A DNA stretch of 64,000 nucleotides from the NCBI GenBank assembly GCA_038496445.1, contig JALMLS010000070.1, positions 62,001 through 126,000 on the forward strand. The letters are read 5' to 3'. Under the pieces are notes generated by a model. That model was given only the letters and a program-made list of their open reading frames with translations, did not search any database and was not told the DNA's origin. Below, in pieces: positions 37,765 through 49,293 of this stretch (position 1 is its first letter; every line of letters begins with the position of its first letter). The DNA comes from Trichosphaerium sp. ATCC 40318. Taxonomy: Eukaryota > Protista > Tubulinea. The translations under genes were made by a program, and so were the position numbers.

Positions 37765-38065
37765 AATCGGTATTACTTCCAGTAAGGTTTCATGCTGTTG
37801 CTCAAACAATCACGTGCCTGTCAAAAAAGATACAAATAGCAAGAATATAGTTACGACTGTCTACACAATTTTTTTTTGCTACGCCAAGCGTAGTTTAAGT
37901 CAAGATTTAAACGTCCTCCCACTACGTACTACATACTGTAGCTTGGCAAAATTTAGTTTTCGCGTTGATAGGAGAAACGGTTGCTCCGATTGCACGCGGC
38001 TTAACTAAGGGGGAAAAGTTTGTCCCTTTTTGAAAACCAGTTAATACATAGTTGAATAATACATC

Positions 38066-39425
38066 ATGACAGAAGCAAAACAGCGCATTGTTGCTGTAAC
38101 GGGAGCTACTGGCTATCTAGCAGGACATGTCATCAAACAGCTTCTCGAAAAAGGTTACTCTGTGCGTGGTACAGTCCGTAACAAAGCAAACAAAGAGAAA
38201 TCTCAGCACCTCATGGACATTGCCTCGAAACTCGGTGGAAAACTAGAACTATTCGGTAAGTTCCACAAAGGCACTGCGGTATATTTACGAAAGGTACTTG
38301 TTTAGAAGCTGATTTAACGAAGAAAGGATCATTTGATAAAGTAACGTCTGGTGCGGACTTTGTGATACACACAGCGTCACCGTTTCAAATGGTGGCAAAA
38401 AACCCTGAAAAAAATCTGTTAAAACCAGCGTACGTTTCATTTTGATGTTCTGGTTTAAACGACTTTAATTAATGACTAGTGTTGAGGGTACAATAGATGT
38501 ACTAACATCTTGCAAAAAATCAGGGAGCGTCAAGAAAGTATGCAACGATTTCCTGTTTTACAAATTTGTGAGAAAACACGTGCTAATTTTCTTTGCTAGG
38601 TGGTTTTGACGTCTTCTGTTGTTGCTATTGCATTCCATGGAAAAGTACCAAAGGGGCAAATACCAACATTCACTGAGGAAGATTGGAATACTACTTCAGA
38701 CATAAAACATGAAGCGTATGCTTTAAGCAAAGTTCGAGCTGAAAAAGCCGCTTGGGACTTCATGAAAGATATTGATGATTTCTCCCTTGTCACCATAAAC
38801 CCTGCCCTAATCATAGGACCAGTTCTTTCAAAAGGAAGGTTAGGTGAAAGCGTAGGAATAATCAAAAGGTAGCAAAACCTCAGAGGGAAAACTAAAGAGC
38901 TATTTTTATCAAAATTAACTTGTTTGTAGCCTTGTTAGCGGTGAGTATCCTCGAGCACCTAACTTCAACTTTTGCGTTGTCGATGTACGTGACGCAGCTA
39001 AATCACATATACTTGCTATGGAGAATGAGGAAATTAAAGGTAATATAGTCTTTCTCTTGACTTCTCATAAAGGCAACAGGTCAACGATACCTTTGTACAA
39101 AAGAAGGCAGTATAGCTTGTTTGGAGATGTGCAAAGTGCTCAAGAAGAGCTTTCCAAAAATGCCAATTCCTACCAAGCCAATGCCAAATTTTGTCCTGTA
39201 TGTTGCCGCTATAGTGGACTCAAGGCTATCATGGGGATGGCTAAAAAGGAATCTAAACAAAACGTTATTGTTTGATAATACCAAAATTAAAAAGCACGTT
39301 TATAGTAAAATTGTGTCATACTAACTTGCTGCAGAGACATGAAAGTAGAATTCCGAGATGTTGAAGATTCGTTAGTAGATACTGTTAAATCTTTGATTGA
39401 ATTTGGATTTATTACAAAGAAGTAG
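38066..39425 (+). CDS. NAD-dependent epimerase/dehydratase (DFR/CCR-like extended SDR), multi-exon
   Basis: Motifs are VTGATGYLA, VIHTASPF, VLTSS, YALSK, INPALIIGP and VDVRDAA. Confidence 0.9.
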
Positions 39426-39589
39426 AATATGAAAAAAAAAACAATGCAACTGCTCACGTGGCATTTTTTTTTTATTTCTTCCACAAGGTCGCCTTGTAAA
39501 CTCTTTAAGAAATAAAGTCACGTGCAAGGCAGTGGTAGAAAAATTTATCACCATTTGAATAAGTCCATGACGTTAACGCAATTATTCTT

Positions 39590-41940
39590 TTTATTTGGTT
39601 CAGGGGGTGTTTTTTCAGTATTGTTTAGTTTAATTAATGTAGTACATTAAGTCACATAGAGCTGTTATGCCAAGCCAATTCTGTATCCTTGTTTGTGATT
39701 GTACCTAATTCTTTTTTTAAGACATATCATAAGCTTTTTATTAGCTGATGCGCTCCAAATAATAATTGAAGCGTGCTTATAAGATAACAGTTCAATACCT
39801 GTTTTGAGTTAGTATTGTTGGAAAAGAAGAAAATGTTTAAAGTTTGGTACCAGTTTTAGCACAAATGATGTGTACAGATTTACTCTCAGATTTAGATAAT
39901 AGAAACACACTTTTCTTGAAATCAAAATGCATCATACAAGGTAAGAAAGTACAATTAAGGTACTTCCAAACTTGTTGGCGGGTATGAACATTGTAGAGAT
40001 AAATACAGGTTTTGACATCCATGCTGTTTTCAATTGGTAGAGTATGGCTATACAACACATAATCTAGAATACTTAGTAAGAGGTATAAACTTGAAAGACG
40101 ATACTACCTTTGGTTTTATAGTACTCGTATTGCACACAAGCAAAAGTATTGGGAGGAGCGAGAGTGATACACTTTTTTTCCTCCATAAAAAAAAGATGTA
40201 ATCCGCCAGATTCAGTTGTTATCACCAAAAATTGTAAACCACTCGCTGAAGAGTACAGTTTGGCTTCGCTTGTTTGATGAGGAATTCCTTCGATACTTGT
40301 CAATACTTTATGCTTTTAGACTATGTCAGCAATTACAAATATAGATAGATATTTCTCACCCTTTTTATTCGGTTCCAAGAGCACAGTGTGATTCCTCTCT
40401 TTGTCAATAGAAATACCCCTTCTGGTGTTGTTCCCACAATTTTAATGTATGATGATCCGCAATTGCTTTCATCCGGAAACACATAAGAGGGTCGTAAAGG
40501 TACACTAAGACACAATAAGTATCATAAATGGATGGTCAAGTACGTCTTTGTTTCAAGCCTTGTGATATCAAAGAATGCCGCTTTCATGAATGTATCAGTA
40601 CTTAGAGTGTATGTAGTTTTGTATATCTACAACGCATTATATAAGAGCGTATTTTGAACGGTACCCTTACCACAACGGCAAATTCTTTATGAACTACAAT
40701 GTCAACAATACAAGATCCTCTTATCTCAGAATCAAATACATCATCTGGATCAACAGCCAGTTTAAGTTGTCCTTTAGATTTTATTCGCCCTATATCACTG
40801 ACACTAAACAGTTCTAGATCCCTCAATCCTCTTTCTGCTACTATGAGCATCTCAGACAATGCATCTATTCAGGCGTCAACTGTCAAAAAATAGTTTAGTT
40901 ACGCTACCATTCACGTAAACACCACTGCAACCCTTTCCTAAAAAATTCGACACTTCGTTCTTCTTTTGTTGGCATCCTTCTTTTTTCAAGAAATACACCG
41001 TCGCACTCTCTTTCTTGTAATTGTGCATTACGTCTTTGTGTATTTTGGGATAGACTCGGTCAAGTGCTAAGTTTTGAACAAAAAACCAATCAAGTCTTCT
41101 CACTCTTCGTCCAGGCTTACAAACTGTTCCCGTTTTGCAAGTAGGCCGGTACGTGGTCTTGGATATTTTAATATAGTTCTCAAGGCGACTATTCTAGTTC
41201 AGCAAGAATATTGTCAAAAATCACGTGGACGTACCTCTTCCACTCCTGAGCCGCATCAAACGCCATAAACTACTAGTGTTAGCAGCATGTTTGTAAACTT
41301 CTTCTTACCTTTGCTTTCCACGTGTCATATGGACCTGTTGTAGTATCGCCAGGTAACTTGTCAATCCAGAAATAGTCCTCTTGAATAAACAAATACCACT
41401 CCCAACACACCAACCTAAAATGAACCTTACTAAAAGCCTTACAAAAACAGCATTGAATGTACGCACTGTAGAGATTGTAGTGTTACAGCTGATGAGTAGC
41501 TCCAAATCATATAATGACACTCGACAGGTATAACAGGGGGGTCGTTTACGCGTCTGAGAGCCGGTTTTGGCTGTATATTGAATGTCCATAGTCGTTGATG
41601 CCGAGTTTTGCATGGTACTTTTTTTTTGGGTTTTTTCTTTTTAAACGGATTGTCTGTTTGTTTATTATTTAATTGGATAAACTGGTACGTCGACTTACTT
41701 GGTTCTTCTATTGCCCACTCCATTTTTATGACAAGGGAATAACAATCGAAGTATTCAGAGAACATTTTAACCAAATATACACGGAAAACAATAGCTATTG
41801 TTACTCTAATTTTTTATTGTCATATTACACTCAATGCTAAGGTACATATACTTACAATAAAATTAAGGCATCTGCCATTTAGAACTAGCACAGCTCATGA
41901 AACCTATTGAAAGCCACTTCTTCATGGATAAATGGGCCAT
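39590..41940 (-). CDS. One or two intron-containing genes of unknown function (beta-rich, possibly propeller)
   Basis: A chain of minus-strand ORF fragments is separated by GT-AG-like introns. No motif was recognised and the boundaries are uncertain. Confidence 0.35.
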
Positions 41941-42078
41941 AAAAAAATGTGATTTAAGGTCGTCCTCTAATTTTACTAACTAGTATATGCACCTCTTATT
42001 TTAGACCATTTCAGTCACGTGTTTTAGAAAATTACCATTCTGTTAACAGTAATTCAAACGCAAAACAGCCATCTATAG

Positions 42079-42837
42079 ATGTTTCGAGCCATTCACAGAA
42101 CGATTACCACTAAGTTCTCATCTATACTCAAGGTTATCGCAATGGAAGATTACTCAAGTGAAGAGTATTTTGACGACTTTTTGGACGAGTACGATGACAT
42201 TGAGAGTACATTTAAAGTTTGGAAGCAAAGACGCTTTGGTTCGGCATATACACCTTCTCGTGGTCGCAGCAAAGGACCCAAAAAGCAAAATCGCAAATTA
42301 ACTACACCAGAGGTCATAAAGAAACCGACTGTAACTTCAGATAAGCGTAGCTTGCCTGACAAAAACCCTAAAGTGTACACTGCCAAAAACAAAAACAAAG
42401 GAATGGCTGACGGGTTATGCAAGATGCACGCGTTGAATGCATTTTATGGAAGAGCAAAGCTTAATGAGAAAGCATATAGAAGTTTATGTAATGAGTTTGA
42501 TGTATCACGTGGGTTACCAAAGGGTACATCAGTAAGATATTTCTTAGTTGATGAAGGAAATGTTCTATCATTTATTGTGGAAAAGGGTGGAGACTTCGAA
42601 ACAAAGTACTTCTCTTTCGGCGAACAATTACGTATTGGTGGCAATGTCATTGGATTTTTTGAGTTTAATAGTAAGCATACTTGGTATTGGGCAGCACAAA
42701 AGAACGGTCAATGGACAAAATGTGATGATATGAAAGGTGCAAGGAGAAACGTTGTTCTCAATCTAGAAAAATGTAAAAACTTGGGTCAAGTTGTAGTGTA
42801 TAAACGACAGAGCAATGAAGTCAACGTATCACATTAA
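42079..42837 (+). CDS. Intronless Josephin-like (papain-fold) putative deubiquitinase
   Basis: GLCKMHALNAFYG resembles the Josephin LCxxHALNN motif. KHTWYW..NGQWTKCDD resembles HW..GxWxNLDS. Confidence 0.55.
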   Translation: MFRAIHRTITTKFSSILKVIAMEDYSSEEYFDDFLDEYDDIESTFKVWKQRRFGSAYTPSRGRSKGPKKQNRKLTTPEVIKKPTVTSDKRSLPDKNPKVYTAKNKNKGMADGLCKMHALNAFYGRAKLNEKAYRSLCNEFDVSRGLPKGTSVRYFLVDEGNVLSFIVEKGGDFETKYFSFGEQLRIGGNVIGFFEFNSKHTWYWAAQKNGQWTKCDDMKGARRNVVLNLEKCKNLGQVVVYKRQSNEVNVSH

Positions 42838-42874
42838 ACCTGTATTCTTTAATTATAATAAAGGGTCTTACGAA

Positions 42875-43050
42875 TAACATTCTACTTTTCCTTTATTCTT
42901 TGCTTGGTGCCATGTAATTTCATCGCCATGTTGAGTCCAAGCAGAAGCAGAAATCATTTGGCCATTTTCAAATATGTGCTCGTTCATGTACTCAGCGTAA
43001 TGCCTTCCTTCCTCAAGTGCATGTAGCTGACCATAATGGTAGCTAATCTG
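42875..43050 (-). pseudogene. Short MORN-like fragment or last exon of a small gene
   Basis: It translates ISYHYGQLHA..HIFENGQMISASAWTQHGDEITW. The upstream structure is unresolved. Confidence 0.35.
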
Positions 43051-43570
43051 TAAATCAACTACAACATTTCTACGATACGTTGCTTATGCCGTCTTTAGAA
43101 GTCAGTACTATGAAAAGGCCTTGTTCCTTGCTGGTACCTTGGTCTCCATTGTTGAAGTCAACACTTTATTTAGTAGAACGAAAGGTATTAGGTGTTCTGG
43201 GAAGCTCGCTTGTATAAGAATGATCAAATACTATACGTATCAGGTAAGATATGTGTTCCACAAACAAGATCAGATTAGCTAACCAGCTAAGCAAATGTGT
43301 TAACACCTTTGAAATCAAATAGTTGATGATTTGCTTCCGTATGCTTTGTGTATCTGGGAATGATTTGAAAATGCAAGTAGCTTCAGCGCAAGCTGCCTTG
43401 CACTTGGGTGATGAGATAAACTATTCTAAGTCAATTGCTGCGCTACAGCCCTTCAAAACGCAAGGGAGACCTTACACGACACCTTGCCAGTTTGAAACAA
43501 ATGCAAATTAAAAAGTCACGTGTTTTCTAAACGAATCAACCGTTGGTTAGTATTATTGTTTCACCTCACA

Positions 43571-46500
43571 ATGGCAGCTTTAGTTACGCCCAAAAAGTCA
43601 ATAAAAACCATCCTAAGTGTAACCAGCATCACACAAATAAACGTACTTATCCAACTGTTTTAGGAAGCGGCTACACTTCAATCAGTGCCTTATGATGTAC
43701 TAAACGAGATTACGTTATATTTAACTGCCAATAACGTTTTCACTCTTCGACTTGTGTCAAAGCGACTGTGTAGGACACTAAACGAGAAATCATTCATGAA
43801 GGTACGAAGAAGACTGAATTATTTTTATTTTGAGTGTAACAATGTAACGGTTTTTTGTGCTCTACAAGTAGCGTTAAATGTGTAATTTGATACGTTAACG
43901 CTGAACATTGCCGTTCTATGTTGGTTTCTTTTAAAACACTTTGGACAATGGCATAAAAGTTTGAGTTTTTCTACCACCTACGATAACTTAAACCCTTTTT
44001 TTTTGTTGTACTAAGAAATGGTACATGGTTGGCTGTGTGTTTGTTGGACTTTACCGACTAAATCGTTGTAAGAAAATCACAATTTTACGCTTGTCCAAAC
44101 TTTTTTTTTCGGCTGCGAGCGTAAGGAATTCATACCAAAAGGACGAAGGAGAAATAAAAATGTCCAGTTTTAAATGAAAGTCAACATATAATAGCTCATC
44201 CTTTACGAGGCCATTGTACCAATGCTTTTATGGGGCAGTGACACACAGGATGCTGTTTTCTTGAGTAATGTTGTACGTTTTTTAACACGGCCAAAGTAGC
44301 ACGTGCTTTGATGTTTGATTTTTACTTAATTACCTTAAAGCCAAATGAAGCGCAACAATACTTTGAAGCAATGCTTGCCTATATTCGTAATAATGTATTT
44401 AATATTGCTGATCGACATGCAAGACAAATGGCAGCCCATTTTCTTTCTCGTCTTGATACTTGTACGGAGGCAGAATTTTATGATGTGGTCGAACAAGTAT
44501 TACTCTCTTAATCTCTTATTTGCTTAAACACGTGTAGATTGAAACAATGGCATTGAAAGCTCTTGACAGCACACGCCCAAGCATCAGGAAAGATGCCTTG
44601 TATGTCTCCCTTCATTTTTTTTTGATTCTTGTTTTATTCTAGTTTTTGTTAATCGACACTGAGCTGTTTCTTGCTAACTGCATTTCAGTGAGGTTCTTGG
44701 GCTTAGTTCCGTGCTATCCGTAGAGACTATTAAAGTAAAAAACGCAGTTATTAGCCGTTTAGGTGATGAGGAACAAATGTTTGATATGGCTAGATATCTC
44801 GCCAGAATGAGATATTTTGTAGAAGATTACAGATGGGTATGTTTAATGTACCGTAATCTATTAAACCTTTTACCATCATTAGGAAGAAATTATTATAGAA
44901 GAACCTCTGAAAAAGCTTTTAGACATAATCAATTTTGAAGAGATACTAAAGTAATACAGATTGTATTAGTTGACAAAGTACTAACTGTAACTTTTGTAGG
45001 TCTGATTCAATTCTTTTTCACCAACGAGGACCAGATTTTGTACAAGCTTTACAAGCAGTTCTAATGGCATCAGGACCTGCATTTGCAAGGAGAAAAAGGC
45101 GTATCTTGCACAATATGGTAAAGGCTATCAGAGATATTGATGAAAGTACACCTTTCGCCACTCCTTCAGCCAAGCCAGCAAACTTCATGAAGAGTCTTAT
45201 TATAGCGGTTGTTGCAGTCATTATGAATATGAGTATGTTTCATCCTTTTAATCCGCTTGATGCCACTGTTAACTGTTGCTGTAGGAACAATAGACAATAT
45301 GTTATACGGACATCTAATGCCAATTCTTGTTCGCATCATTAGATATGTAGTCACCTGTGAAGAACAACAACAATTGCAACGAGAAGCTTTATCAGCTATG
45401 CATCGTGTTGCTTTAGGTGAATACAACTCTATTCAAACTTGTAACGTTAACCTCTATTATTAGCTCATCCAATATTAATAATATATGAAGATGTTGTACC
45501 TTTGTTTGTACAACATCTAGAGATACAAAAAAAAACGGATGTGCAATCTCAACGGGTGCATTGCTGTTACTAGTAGTATCAGAGGAGAACCTAACCATGT
45601 ATAGATTATTTGTGAACTGATTGAGCTGATAGAATATCGTGCTTGCCAACAAGGACGTCGATTTGTTAAACATATCAAATCTGTGATGCACGTGTTATTT
45701 GATGTTGAGGTAAATTAATTACTGCATGTGCAATAAAGCTTCAGAAATTATGCACCTGCACCTCATCTCTTCACTGAGGCAGGTTTGATGAATAGATATG
45801 GCTGTTTGCCTACTATGGTAAGATATTCGAATGATCTGCTTGTTAGTGAGACGGTCGAACTTCTAGCTGTACGTATAACTAGGCACAAGTTTAGATTGTA
45901 ATTCGTGATTCTCACAAGTAGAAGATTACCTTTAAACGGCGAATGTCCGTTTGTAAAAACGTTTAGTATGACAGATTACATTCGCAAAGCATAACCTAAA
46001 AAGCTGAATACTGTAACGACGGGGCTATTTCCTCATAAATCGAGCTGGGTACTATTAATATCAGTATTTTTGGGCAAATGCCCAAATATTCTTAACAGGT
46101 AGCACAAATGCGTCTAAACTTAGCCTTTGTGCGAGCATTGTCACCACCACTAAACAACCGATCCCTATACTCTACGCCAAAACAGACTACATCATGATTC
46201 TGGCGTTAACGATTCATTGAAAATTGTTGTTTTGGATGCCAAATTCTGCCAAAAATAGTACATAGCGCCTCATAAATTACAACAAGGACACGTATTGCAA
46301 GCAATAAGAATGGCAGTTAGGTCTATACAAACGCTTTCAGACATCCTTAATTGCAGTGTTGGAGAGCACATCCTTGCTGATTTCCGCTCCTTTTTAAGAG
46401 CTCATGGATGCGTTGACTTGGCTATGCTTAAGTACCGCACCTGGTACCGCCCGTTCCTCATGGACAACTCGAACGGAGAATACCCAGACTGTTATTGCAC

Positions 46501-46916
46501 TCCTATTGTCAATACGATAATAGAGAACAGTACGTAGACAGATAACTTAATTCAGAAGAAGACCAATATATTTTTTATTTTTTTTTGTTTTTTTGAAACG
46601 AACTTTTTTTTGCCGCCGTTTTGGTTATCTTATTGTTACATCATTAGTAAGTCATGTGGGCATCTTAGATGAGAGAGAAGAGATACCACCTCTTCACGTA
46701 GTAAACAGAATGATAATAAACGGGAGAGCATTTAAGGGTTCATGTGCCATCGAGAAACACAATCTGGCCGTATTAGAAAAAGTTTACGAGCTATTACTAA
46801 ACCCACCAAGGATTCTAGAAAGAGACTACGACTATCCTCTCCGGCTGAAAAGCGCTGATTACTTGTTTACGCAGACGTATGAGCAAGCTTACGAACAGCG
46901 CCGAGATTTCGAGTAG
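43571..46916 (+). CDS. F-box + alpha-helical (HEAT/ARM-like) protein, multi-exon
   Basis: The F-box is LQSVPYDVLNEITLYLTANNVFTLRLVSKRL. Downstream exons are helical (LMPILVRII..LQREALSAMHRVA). Confidence 0.6.
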
Positions 46917-47056
46917 TCTAAGCTTTGTATAGTGTTTAAATAATACTGCAATAAACCTGCTTCAATTTGTAGAGTTGCAAGTTCGAACTGTTTGAGATAA
47001 ACGTTGACTTCTAGTTTTAAAAAAATTGCTCGTGTGCAATTAATAGAATAAACCAC

Positions 47057-47738
47057 ATGCTAGTAGTGGCGGCTGCCCGTCAGGCGGTTTTAGGTAACCA
47101 TCCTCACGCACGCGTAACTCTTCTGTTTTTATTCGTCGGCTTTCTTTTACTCACAGTCGGCGGCCCTGGTGTTATAGTTTCTAGTTTGCATATCACTGCG
47201 ACTGGTAAGTATAATATCAATATTAAAGCGAGAGCCAAGTGTCAAATCACACTTTACTTTTTGAAAAAGTTGTAGATTCCATAAACGTGCTAACTATTGA
47301 TTTCGATCCATCGTGTGGGTTGCTTTGTCAGTTCAGAAGTAGTTTAGCATTTTGGATTGTATTCTCGTTCGGTTCATTATTTATGGTACTTGCGCTTCTT
47401 TTGGCGCTGGTTCCTCTTGCAGAAATGGCTAGAAGAGTGCGTAATGATTTTAAGAGCAATTCTAAAAACAAGAAAACTAACCTGGCTTTTTAGCGACTAC
47501 TTGGTGCTGCAGAGGATGCACCCGTTAGTGAGGATAGACCGCTGTTACAGAGTGCTAGGGTTATTGATATTGACAGGTAACAAACTCGTTTAAACAGTCA
47601 AACGAATAAAATCTTATCTTTGATGTCACTCTACAAACTTCAAAAAAGTCGCAAGTGAGGATACTGAAAGCGAAGCTCTGATCGCGGAACAATGGAGTTC
47701 AGCGCATTACGTAAGAAGCCTAATACGTAGTAACGTGA
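47057..47738 (+). CDS. Small two-TM membrane protein, multi-exon
   Basis: Hydrophobic segments are VTLLFLFVGFLLLTVGG and LAFWIVFSFGSLFMVLALLLALV. Confidence 0.5.
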
Positions 47739-47827
47739 CGAAAGGAAAGAGAAAAAAGGATGTCAGGAACAAAATGTTGTTTATTTGTACAAGTCACAAC
47801 GCATGAATTTTTTTCAGATGATATCAT

Positions 47828-49018
47828 TTAAATGTCATCATCATCGTCGATCGCAACATTAGCAGCGTTCTGAGCTGTTTGTTGAATTTGTTGAATATCA
47901 GCTTGAGATAATTGGACCTCAGCAGGTTGGAGAGCAGGCTCCTTAACCAAAGCCAAAGCGTCATCACTAAAGCAAGGTAAGAAAACAGCTAAAGCGAAAA
48001 CAAAAAAAACACAAAATAGCGTTTTATTGTGAGTAAAAAATAGCAGTACGTACCCAGCAAGTTTGCGGAGCAAATGAAGGAAAGGTTTCTCGAAATTGTA
48101 GTTTGCTTTTACGGACATTGGGTAGTATTGGAGACCCTTTTTACGGTGATATATAATTTGTCTAGCCTTGACCTAAAGAGAACTGTTAAAACCAAAACAT
48201 TTTCTACGAACCAATGCGCTAGCCGCGCAAATAAACAATAAAATTACGATTTTTGGGTTTGTTATTTTTTTTCAGTTGCTTTTCTGTGATTTTAGAAGCA
48301 AGTACGTACTTTGCGGTCTTTAACATCAACTTTGTTACCGACAATGCACACTGGGATCTTGTCGCATACACGGTGGATATCCTTGTGCCAGTTTGGTACG
48401 TGTTTGTAGGTCATACGGGAAGTAACGTCAAACATGATAATAGCAGCACGTCCTTCAATGCTATTGAACAATGTTAGGAAAAAATTCGCGGGAAAAAGAG
48501 AAAATCGATAAAAAATGCCGCCTCGTAATTATTTGTGAAAAAAACGTACTAGTACGCATCGCGAAGGGTGGAGAACTTTTCTTGTCCGGCCTAAAGCGTG
48601 TTAGAAAAGAAAAAGTGATTTTTGCCACGTACAGTATCCCAAACGTTGAGAACGACCTTACCGCGTGTAGTGTACCTGATTGATGTAAGAACTTGCCCTA
48701 AATCGAAAAAAAAAACCAAAACCTACCATGGAAGTGGATGAACTTCAGCTCCAACGGTTGCTAAGTAGGTTATTAGACGAGTTCGGTACAGACGAAGCAA
48801 AGAAAAAGGAAAAAAGGCTATTTCATGGCACGTACGATAGTATCTCCTCTCAAACTCTCCAGAAAGATGACGTTTTACGAAGGTAGTTTTTCCAGTACCA
48901 CCGTCTCCGCAAAGGATGACTTTGAACTGAGGGATGTTTTGCTAGGGCTTTTATTAGCTGAGATTATAGCTGGTAATGTACGTACAGGTACAGTGGAGAA
49001 GTTTCCTGCGTTAGCCAT
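47828..49018 (-). CDS. RAN: Ran GTPase, multi-exon, divergent
   Basis: Motifs are [50 protein letters not shown] and NYNFEKPFL, with acidic tail DDDDDI*. Confidence 0.95.
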
Positions 49019-49293
49019 TTGATATAGATAAGGTGTAGTGGTTGGCGCCAAGATAAAATAAGTCAGTGAGAAAAAATCTCGAAATTTCCGTGCGTTTTCA
49101 CCGTAGAATGTTCTAGAAGCACTACATTCCACCAAAAAGTTATTAGATAAGCAACTTGTAACATCAAGTGTTACGCCATAGTAAAACAATGCTGTTGAAG
49201 TGAAGTTATTAGTTTTTATAGTGAAGTCTTCTTCAAAAATAGCCGTCAATGAGCAATCGTTAACATTGGCTACAGTTTGCAGTCACCTAGAAA

